Assembly: GCA_965541585.1 (NCBI GenBank)
Contig: CBEUCH010000004.1
Span: 160,001 to 224,000, forward strand
DNA from: an uncultured bacterium
GTDB lineage: Bacteria; Zixibacteria; MSB-5A5; UBA10806
Length of the DNA stretch: 64,000 bases
Reading direction: 5' to 3'
Numbering within the stretch: position 1 is the stretch's first letter; each line of letters opens with the position of its first letter. Below, in pieces: positions 38,239 through 45,655 of this stretch. Both the position numbers and the translations under genes were made by a program. The notes below the pieces were generated by a model that saw only the letters and a program-made list of their open reading frames with translations, was not told the origin of the DNA and did no database searches.

Positions 38239-39696
38239 ATGTCATTCCGTCGCAAAATATTATTCGTCATTTTTGCAGTCGGTCTCCTGCCCGCTATGGG
38301 GATTCTGGCTTTCTCAGCCATCCTTCTGAATTCCACCGTGAACCGAGTTGGCGCATCCGGTCTTGAAAGCAGTTTTCGTTCCGTCACATCTCTAATCGAC
38401 GAATCAGAGGCGGCTACGGCGTCAATACTGAGAACTGTTCTTGAGCAGAGAATCCCCTGGGATGATAAAGACAGGTTGAGAGCATGGATGGAGCGCAATC
38501 GGATCGATATAGCTTTCAGCACGGATGCCGGGGAGTCCATCTGGGCCGTCGCAGATACCATAAAGATCGATTCGTCGTCGATTCAGATTAAATTGCCGGA
38601 ATCGCCCGGATCTAAACATCTGAAACTTGGAGAGAATCTATTTCTATCCTATTGCCTGGGGGACTCCTCCCGGCTTATCGGATGTGGTATCCTGATGCCG
38701 CCCGGCTATGAGAAGGGGGGCAGAATACTGGCCGACGCGGTATCGGCATCGGCCAGCCTCGGTCTTTATAAGAGTTTCTCCCTCAAATTGCTCGGCGTGA
38801 TCACCGTTGCCGTTATCGTTTTTGCATTGCTGGCGGGGCTGGGAATTTCGACAATTCTGAGCAGCCACCTGGTGAGACCCCTTGAGAAGCTAATAGTCGG
38901 TGCGCGCAGGATAGGAGCCGGCGATCTCAATTACAGGGTCGAGCTTGCCGGCACGGATGAATTCTCCAGATTGGCAGAGTCTTTTAATTCAATGGCCCTG
39001 GAGATTAAAGAAAATCAGCAAAATCTGTTGGAGGCCGAGAGGCTGGCGGCCTGGCGCCAGGTGGCCCGGCGGATTGCGCATGAGATCCGCAATCCACTGA
39101 CACCTATAACGGTCGAGCTTTATCGCCTTCAGGATATGCTGGTCAAAAAGGAGGCCCCTCCATCAGAGGAAAGCACAAAATCTATAACAGCCATTCGTGC
39201 TCAGATTCAAGAGTTGCAGGATCTTTCCGGTCAGTTTTCGACCTTCGCCAAGGAGCCGGAGTTACGGTTGGTCAGATGCAATATCAAAGATATTATCGAT
39301 AACGCCGTCTCGCTGTACAGCCATGCTGAGAATGCGCGTATAAACATCACGATTCCAGATGACATCCCTCAATTGCAGCTCGATCCGCAGATGATGGCGC
39401 GGGTTTTCGGCAATCTGATAAAGAATTCTATGGAGGCATCGCCCGACGGTGTAGTGATCGATATTTCTGTTAAACAAAAAGGCGATAAGGTGGAGGTGAT
39501 GATTCGCGACGATGGCCCCGGTTTCCCGACGGAGAAATTAGAGAAAATCGACCAGCCTTATATAACGACCAAAACAAGCGGAACGGGGCTGGGCCTCGCC
39601 ATCGTGAAAAAAATCGTCGAAGAGCATGGAGGGGAAATCCGGTTCTACAATGACGGCGGGGCAGTGGCGGAGTTTACGTTACCGATTATCATGTAG
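38239..39696 (+). CDS. NtrY-like membrane sensor histidine kinase (HAMP-HisKA-HATPase)
   Basis: Two TM helices, HAMP domain, 'AW.QVARRIAHEIRNPLTPI', NLIKN, DDGPG, GTGLGL. Confidence 0.92.
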   Translation: MSFRRKILFVIFAVGLLPAMGILAFSAILLNSTVNRVGASGLESSFRSVTSLIDESEAATASILRTVLEQRIPWDDKDRLRAWMERNRIDIAFSTDAGESIWAVADTIKIDSSSIQIKLPESPGSKHLKLGENLFLSYCLGDSSRLIGCGILMPPGYEKGGRILADAVSASASLGLYKSFSLKLLGVITVAVIVFALLAGLGISTILSSHLVRPLEKLIVGARRIGAGDLNYRVELAGTDEFSRLAESFNSMALEIKENQQNLLEAERLAAWRQVARRIAHEIRNPLTPITVELYRLQDMLVKKEAPPSEESTKSITAIRAQIQELQDLSGQFSTFAKEPELRLVRCNIKDIIDNAVSLYSHAENARINITIPDDIPQLQLDPQMMARVFGNLIKNSMEASPDGVVIDISVKQKGDKVEVMIRDDGPGFPTEKLEKIDQPYITTKTSGTGLGLAIVKKIVEEHGGEIRFYNDGGAVAEFTLPIIM

Positions 39697-39717
39697 GGGC
39701 TTATTGCCATAAGCCCT
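39693..39717 (+). repeat. GTAG REP-like hairpin overlapping the kinase stop codon
   Basis: GTAGGGGCTTAT-TGCC-ATAAGCCCT. The TAG of GTAG is the kinase stop codon. Confidence 0.6.
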
Positions 39718-39826
39718 CGAGATTCGTTGAGAAAGGCATAGCCGAAAAAACAGGAAAATTCCTTGAGAATATATGCTTGAACCCACAAAATAACATCGAA
39801 TAAAACCGGTTTAATGGAGGGAACAG

Positions 39827-40243
39827 ATGAACTGGAAACAATTCGTTATCGCCGTAATTGTATGCTTTGTGGCGCTGGGTGTGATGGATTTTGTCATCAA
39901 CGTGGTGATACTGGGGGATGCCTACGAACCGCTGATGGGCACAGTATTCCGAACCGAAGCTGATATGAATTCGAAGATGTGGGCTTTTTATCTGGGAGAA
40001 TTCATTTTCGTCCTTTTGTTCGTCTGCGTTTACACCTACGGCGTTAAGGGCAAAGGAATTATGGAGGGGCTCCGTTACGGTCTGTATATCGGTTTGATGC
40101 TCTGGGTGATGTCGTCGCTGTCGATGTGGGCCATGTTTCCGGTATCGGCCTGGCTGGCATGGATGTGGGTGATTTTCGGCCTGATCGAGATGATTATATT
40201 AGGTCTGATCGTCGGCGCCATATATAAGACCGCGAAGGTATAG
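39827..40243 (+). CDS. Small four-TM membrane protein
   Basis: GGAGG RBS, four hydrophobic segments, 'EGLRYG..IG'. Confidence 0.8.
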   Translation: MNWKQFVIAVIVCFVALGVMDFVINVVILGDAYEPLMGTVFRTEADMNSKMWAFYLGEFIFVLLFVCVYTYGVKGKGIMEGLRYGLYIGLMLWVMSSLSMWAMFPVSAWLAWMWVIFGLIEMIILGLIVGAIYKTAKV

Positions 40244-40257
40244 AGACTACATTTCAT

Positions 40258-40337
40258 GTGGCGTCAGGCCATACGGCTCGTCCTACGGATCCCTACGGGC
40301 CGTATGGCCGTAGGATAGAGTGGCCCCACCTGGCGCC
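40258..40337. repeat. Nested palindromic element between convergent genes
   Basis: GGCCATACGGCTCGT/ACGGGCCGTATGGCC (14/15), TCCTACGG/CCGTAGGA, and outer GGCGTCAGG/CCTGGCGCC. Confidence 0.65.
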
Positions 40338-40375
40338 TTGCTTTTAACAAGGACCCCGCACGTAATAAATTAATC

Positions 40376-43033
40376 TCACTCTTGAAGCTTACTACGGATT
40401 TCCTTGGCTCTCGCTAAGTGCTCTTTTTCCTCTTCTTTTTTGCCCATCTCCTTATACAGCCCGGCCATATTTTCTAAAGTCGTTGCGATATTCGGGTGAA
40501 TGGGACCGATAGATTTCTCCAATATCTCAAGGGCCCGCTTATAGCGAGGCTCGGCCTCCGCCTGTTTGCCCTGAGATCTATATAAACCGGCGAGATTGTT
40601 CAACGTGGTGGCAACATCAGGATGATCGGGGCCCAAGGCTTCTTTTCTTATCTCATGGGACCGCTTATATAAAGGCTCGGCATCAGCGTATCTGCCCTGA
40701 AATCTATATAAACTGGCCAGATTGTTCAGCATGCGGGCAACAGAAGGATGATCGAGGCCCAGGACTTTTTCTGTTATCTTAAGCGCCCGCTTGTATAAAG
40801 GCTCGGTCTCCCCGTATCTGCCCTGGGCTTCATATAAAAGAGCCAGATTGTTCAACGTGGAGGCAACTTCGGGATGATCCGGGCCCAGGCCTTTTTCCGT
40901 TATCTCAAGGGACCGCTTGTATAAAGGCTCGGCCTCTGAGTTTTTGCCCTGAAATCTATATAATTCGGCCAGATTGTTCAGAGTAGTGGCAACAGAAGGA
41001 TGATCGAGGCCCAGGGCTTTTTCTTTTATCTCAAGTGCTTTCCCATAGAGAGGCTCGGCTTCTATATAACCGCCCTGAGAAGTATATAGATTGGCCAGAT
41101 TGTCAAGCGTGGGGGCAACATCAGGATGATCGGGGCCCAGGGCTTTTTCTGTAATCTTAATGGACCGCTTGTATAAAGGCTCGGCCTCCGCGTATCTACC
41201 CTGAGATGTATATAAAAAAGCCAGATTGTTCAGCGTGGTGGCCACAGAAGGATCATCGGGGCCCAGGGCTTTTTCTGTAATCTTAATGGACCGCTTGTAT
41301 AAAGGTTCGGCCTCCGCGTATCTGCCCTGAGATTCATATAAAGCGGCCAGATTGTTCAGCGTGGTGGCAACAGAAGGATGATCGGGGCCCAGGGCTTTTT
41401 CATTTATCTCAAGAGATCGCTTGTATAAAGGCTCGGCCTCCGCGTATCTGCCCTGAAATTGATATAAACCGGCAAGATTGTTCAGGGTGGTGGCAACAGA
41501 AAGATGATCGGGGCCTAACTTCCCCTGCAAATTTGCCTTAATATCCTCATATAAAGTCGTTAGTAATGGCCATTGCGCGCCGCGGTTGAATGCATCTGCA
41601 GCTTTTATAAACCATCCTAACAATTCATCCGGTGGCAGGCTCTGTGCGGCATGAAAAGAGGCTTCCCTGAAGGCGGTTTTGTGACTTTCGGAGATATCTT
41701 TGGGTTCAATATCGCCAACCTGAACCTTATAATGATTGAATAACCAGTTATTAGCTTTCGCAGATGACTCTTTTTCAACCGAATGTTCAATTAGGCTGTC
41801 GCGCATTAAATCGTGCATGACCCAGGTGCGGCTCTCCGGCCTCGCTTTTATAAACGAGAAGCGATGAAACTCCCTAATCTTGGGAAGAGGATAGCCTGTC
41901 CCAAAATGTTTGATAAGACCAACAAAAATTTCTTCATCCCAGAACTGCGCCGCGCAAAGAACGTTCAACGTCTGGATTTCGTTCTCGTTCATACTTCGGA
42001 TGAAGAGGTCAAGAACATCCCTTGCCGTTTTTCCGAAATCGCCGGTAGCAGGCTCTTTTCCTTTAGTCTTTATTTCATCATAGGTATCAACAGAGAGGTC
42101 TAAATAGAACGGGACACCTTTGCTGCCTTCAATAATTACGTTACGGATATCCTCACTATCGATACCGCTCTCTTTGAGATATCTATTCGCATGCTTATCA
42201 TCCAAGTCATCAACACAATGGGGTTCTATCCGGTTTTCCCAGACTTTATCCAGTTTCGGCCATTCCAATTCTTCGCGCCCGCCGATAACCCAGACTACTC
42301 GCGGCGTCTTCTCTATAAATTTTCGTATCCATTCATCTTTTGTGAAGCGTTCACCTTCCGTTCTGTCATTGCCCCATAGCTGTTCGTATGTATCTATAAA
42401 TACTGCGGTCTTGTACCCGTATTCCTCGGTATAATTATTTAAATCCTCAGCGAGGAACATCGGTATGAGTTTTTCGATATCCTTAGCTTCCATGAGGGGC
42501 AGCTTATCCAACAGCGCATTTCCCCTTTTGGTAAACCAATCGCTTATATATTTATCTGCCTTATCTACCACCTTGATCAATTTTGGAATGAGTCCTATAA
42601 CCGGTATATCACCGGAATCCTTTATGAGGTCTGCCAGAAGTCCGGTTTCGTCCCATAATGGGAAACTGCTCTGATTTAGAGGAATTTGCGGTTTGATTTT
42701 CTTCCAGTAGACGGCGTAGCCTATATCGAAGGTCGGGAAATCTATCTTGTATTTGCTCTTAAATTCCTGGCGGAGCCAGAAAAGCGCCGTTTCAATATCA
42801 CGATAGCTGGCGACCTCAAAATCCAAGAGCGCCCATTTCGCGTCAGAATCGATCTTCTCCAATTCTTTTGCCAGCTCTATTCGCAGGGCCGTCTTACCTA
42901 TTCCGCCCACGCCGTGATAAACCAATATCTTATGCTTATCCGGCTTTTTGGTTTTGACAGCGTTTTTGAATGCGGCTATCAGGTCTTTTCGCCCCACGAA
43001 CGGGCGTTTTTTACGCAAAATTGTATCGGCCAT
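40376..43033 (-). CDS. P-loop NTPase (STAND/AAA_16-like) with C-terminal 42-aa TPR array (NLR-like)
   Basis: FVGR, Walker A GVGGIGKT, Walker B VFIDTYE, GVPFYL (GxP), MHDL, and nine kinesin-light-chain-type TPRs. Confidence 0.88.
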   Translation of the reverse strand: MADTILRKKRPFVGRKDLIAAFKNAVKTKKPDKHKILVYHGVGGIGKTALRIELAKELEKIDSDAKWALLDFEVASYRDIETALFWLRQEFKSKYKIDFPTFDIGYAVYWKKIKPQIPLNQSSFPLWDETGLLADLIKDSGDIPVIGLIPKLIKVVDKADKYISDWFTKRGNALLDKLPLMEAKDIEKLIPMFLAEDLNNYTEEYGYKTAVFIDTYEQLWGNDRTEGERFTKDEWIRKFIEKTPRVVWVIGGREELEWPKLDKVWENRIEPHCVDDLDDKHANRYLKESGIDSEDIRNVIIEGSKGVPFYLDLSVDTYDEIKTKGKEPATGDFGKTARDVLDLFIRSMNENEIQTLNVLCAAQFWDEEIFVGLIKHFGTGYPLPKIREFHRFSFIKARPESRTWVMHDLMRDSLIEHSVEKESSAKANNWLFNHYKVQVGDIEPKDISESHKTAFREASFHAAQSLPPDELLGWFIKAADAFNRGAQWPLLTTLYEDIKANLQGKLGPDHLSVATTLNNLAGLYQFQGRYAEAEPLYKRSLEINEKALGPDHPSVATTLNNLAALYESQGRYAEAEPLYKRSIKITEKALGPDDPSVATTLNNLAFLYTSQGRYAEAEPLYKRSIKITEKALGPDHPDVAPTLDNLANLYTSQGGYIEAEPLYGKALEIKEKALGLDHPSVATTLNNLAELYRFQGKNSEAEPLYKRSLEITEKGLGPDHPEVASTLNNLALLYEAQGRYGETEPLYKRALKITEKVLGLDHPSVARMLNNLASLYRFQGRYADAEPLYKRSHEIRKEALGPDHPDVATTLNNLAGLYRSQGKQAEAEPRYKRALEILEKSIGPIHPNIATTLENMAGLYKEMGKKEEEKEHLARAKEIRSKLQE
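40382..41515 (-). repeat. Nine 126-bp tandem repeats encoding TPR units
   Basis: Near-identical DNA units encoding GPDHPxVATTLNNLAxLYxxQGRYAEAEPLYKRxLEIxEKAL. Confidence 0.9.
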
Positions 43034-43213
43034 CTGTAGTATCCGCGCTTTGGAATGATTTTTAGTAATATAACAATTTACGATATGGAGGGCAACATCT
43101 CTTTTATCAATAAACTGATGCTGAGTTACAAAGCGTTATCTGTCTTCAATAACAAAAGCCGGAGGCTTCGCAGTCTCCGGCTTTCGGTGTCGCGCAATGA
43201 TGTCGGTGCAATA

Positions 43214-43239
43214 ATTATGCGGCGCCGAGGGTCTTTTCT
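43214..43239 (-). repeat. Duplicate of the ahpC 3' end (EKTLGAA*)
   Basis: 26 bp matching 43333-43358 with one synonymous mismatch. Confidence 0.85.
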
Positions 43240-43242
43240 TTG

Positions 43243-43320
43243 GTAGTTCCGTCAGGTCGTGACCGAAGGTTGTGACCTGACGGTCAGGTCACGATCAAAT
43301 GATCTACGACCTGACCGAAC
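43243..43320. repeat. REP-like doublet (GTAGTTCCGTCAGGTC...GACCTGACCGAAC)
   Basis: Two GTCAGGTC...GACCTGAC hairpins in tandem, beginning with GTAG, with GTTC/GAAC outer ends. Confidence 0.75.
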
Positions 43321-43333
43321 AGAACCTATCTTA

Positions 43334-43855
43334 TTATGCGGCGCCCAGGGTCTTTTCTCCCGGTCCCCATTCCACTCCGCAAAGCTCGCCGGTCTGCAAA
43401 GCCTGCAGCGATCTCAATGTCTCGGAGACCGAGCGGCCGGTGCCGAGATCGGAAACCACCATCCAGCGCAGGATGCCATCGGGATCTATGATGAAACTGC
43501 CGCGAAGCGCCATGCCGTCATCAAGTAAAACATCATAATCCTCGGACACCTTCCTGGTGATATCCGAAAGCAGCGGATATGTTAGCTCGCCCAGCTCGCC
43601 TTTTATCCAGGCATCGTGCGAATAGATCGAATCAACCGAAGCGCCCAGAACCCTGGCGTTATGTTTTTCGAATTCCGCATTTCGTTTGGAGAACTCTTTG
43701 ATCTCGGTGGGGCAGACAAACGTAAAATCGAGCGGGTAGAAAAACAGAACCACCCATTTGCCCTTGTAATCGGAAAGGCTGAAATCCTTGAATTCACCCT
43801 TGTATACACCCTGCATTTTGAAATCAGGGGCCTTCGATCCTACTCTCAAACTCAT
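43334..43855 (-). CDS. ahpC: 2-Cys peroxiredoxin (AhpC/TSA)
   Basis: FYPLDFTFVCPTE with a resolving Cys in 'GELCGVEW'. Confidence 0.92.
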   Translation of the reverse strand: MSLRVGSKAPDFKMQGVYKGEFKDFSLSDYKGKWVVLFFYPLDFTFVCPTEIKEFSKRNAEFEKHNARVLGASVDSIYSHDAWIKGELGELTYPLLSDITRKVSEDYDVLLDDGMALRGSFIIDPDGILRWMVVSDLGTGRSVSETLRSLQALQTGELCGVEWGPGEKTLGAA

Positions 43856-44307
43856 TTTTCCTCCTGTGTGTCATCTTGACACGATTTACATATTCCCATG
43901 AATACAACTGTTTTTGCCGTAATAACATGTTCAGAATCCGGTAAATCCGGTATTTGAACGCGTTCCAACTCCTCGAAATGAACATCTTCAACTTTTCGGC
44001 ACGAAAGACAGATGAAATGGCTGTGCTGCTTGATATCGCCGTCATACCGGGCATGATCCGACAGCGGATTTACTTTTCTCGCGAAACCGATCCTGTTCAG
44101 GGCCTCAAGATTTCTGTAAACTGTTGCTAAAGAAAGGGTTGAAAATGACTCTTTGAGGCGACGATAAATCGTCTCCGGCGAGGGGTGCTCTTTGGAGCCC
44201 AGTAGAATTCGGTAAACCTCTATCCTCTGCTGCGTTAGAGGAATCCGATTCTTCCTGCAATAGGCTCTGAGAGCCTCAATTCTATCAGTAACTTCCATTG
44301 TCGTCAT
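43852..44307 (-). CDS. perR: Fur-family regulator, PerR-like
   Basis: T.QR, HPS.E.IY, SLATVYRNL, H.HFIC..C...CxxC. Overlaps ahpC by 4 nt. Confidence 0.8.
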   Translation of the reverse strand: MTTMEVTDRIEALRAYCRKNRIPLTQQRIEVYRILLGSKEHPSPETIYRRLKESFSTLSLATVYRNLEALNRIGFARKVNPLSDHARYDGDIKQHSHFICLSCRKVEDVHFEELERVQIPDLPDSEHVITAKTVVFMGICKSCQDDTQEEK

Positions 44308-44323
44308 ACAATACTTATCAAAC

Positions 44324-44336
44324 GATAATTATTATC
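44324..44336. promoter_or_regulatory. Fur/PerR-type operator
   Basis: GATAAT-T-ATTATC, 16 bp upstream of the Fur-family start codon. Confidence 0.7.
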
Positions 44337-44391
44337 GGACGGTTCCCAAAATATATTCCTAATCAGGCTCTATCGGAAGCAGGTCAACCTC

Positions 44392-45486
44392 TTATTGTCG
44401 GCTGCCCTGCTTATAAAAAGGCGCCTTTACGATTTCCGCCCGTGCGATCTTTCCTCTGATATCGATCCCAATCTCGGTTCCGATCTTCGAATTCTCCATC
44501 GGGACATAACCGATCCCGATTCCCTTCTCCAGCATCGGAGAGAATGTCCCCGAGCTGACCTCGCCGACCTGTTTGCCGCCGACAACTATAGGATAATGCT
44601 GTCTGGGAAATCCTCTCTCCTTAAGCTCGAAAGCGATCAATTTCCTCTTAAGACCCTCGGCTTTAAGTTTCTCCAATGCACTCCTGCCGACAAAATCCCC
44701 GCTATCGAGTTTGACCGTCCAGCCAAGGCCCGCCTCAAACGGGTTGGTAGTCTCGTCAATATCGTTGCCGTACAGCGCGTATTTCATCTCCAGCCGCAGT
44801 GAATCTCTGGCGCCCAGCCCGACCGGTTCGCCATCGAATTCCTTTGAAGCGTCCATGGCTGTATTCCATATATGCTCTGCGTGCTGCGGAGAAAAATAAA
44901 GCTCAAAACCTTCCTCGCCGGTATAGCCGGTGCGAGAGAAGATTATCTCCGCGCCCGCTACTTTGGCAGTCGCCGACCAGTAGAAACGCATCGACGGCAA
45001 ATCGTAATCGGTCATTTTAGCCATCACCTTCTCGGCATCGGGCCCCTGAATAGCCAAAAGGGCTGTCTCATCAGAGAGGTCCGCGAGCTCGACATCATCA
45101 TGCTTCTTCAAAGACATCAGGTGAGCAAAATCCTTTTCTATGTTGGATGCGTTAACCACCAGCATATATCTGTCGCCCAGGTTGTAAATCAATAAATCAT
45201 CGACGATGCCGCCGTCGGGATAACACATACAGCTATAGAGCACCTGCCCTATCTCGAGCGAATAAACATCGTTGGTGACCGCATGCTGTACGAACTGTCT
45301 GGCGCCATGCCCGGAGACCATGAACTCCCCCATGTGCGAGAGATCGAATATCCCGACAGATTCTCGAACCCGCTTATGCTCCTCCGTAATGGAGCGGTAT
45401 TGCACCGGCATGTAGTAACCGGCGAACTCTACTATCCTGGCGCCCAGCTTTTGATGGATATCGTAAAAAGGTGTTTTTTTTATCAT
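44392..45486 (-). CDS. gcvT: Glycine cleavage system aminomethyltransferase T
   Basis: KTP, FAGY.MPVQY, FD.SHMGE, SRTGYTGE.GFE, GLGARDSLRLE. ATG at 45486. Confidence 0.95.
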   Translation of the reverse strand: MIKKTPFYDIHQKLGARIVEFAGYYMPVQYRSITEEHKRVRESVGIFDLSHMGEFMVSGHGARQFVQHAVTNDVYSLEIGQVLYSCMCYPDGGIVDDLLIYNLGDRYMLVVNASNIEKDFAHLMSLKKHDDVELADLSDETALLAIQGPDAEKVMAKMTDYDLPSMRFYWSATAKVAGAEIIFSRTGYTGEEGFELYFSPQHAEHIWNTAMDASKEFDGEPVGLGARDSLRLEMKYALYGNDIDETTNPFEAGLGWTVKLDSGDFVGRSALEKLKAEGLKRKLIAFELKERGFPRQHYPIVVGGKQVGEVSSGTFSPMLEKGIGIGYVPMENSKIGTEIGIDIRGKIARAEIVKAPFYKQGSRQ

Positions 45487-45619
45487 TGCATTCTCCCGTA
45501 TCCTTCCAATTGGGCTTGAATATAACATTGTGTCAGTTGCAGGTCAAATCTCTCATAGGAGCATTTGGCCAGTCGGTTTGACTATTGACGGCCGATTTCA
45601 CCTCTTTGTCGCATACGTA

Positions 45620-45648
45620 TTGACTAATGAAACAGATTTTCCTAATAT
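45620..45648 (+). promoter_or_regulatory. sigma70-type promoter of nnr (probably leaderless)
   Basis: TTGACT, 17-bp spacer, TAATAT. ATG is 7 nt downstream and there is no SD sequence. Confidence 0.6.
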
Positions 45649-45655
45649 ACTTTTC

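Noticed and set aside
40382..41515. Diversity-generating retroelement as the cause of NNT-like variable codons in the TPRs
   Set aside because: No reverse transcriptase or non-coding template repeat occurs in the window, and several differences are not at adenines of any single template.
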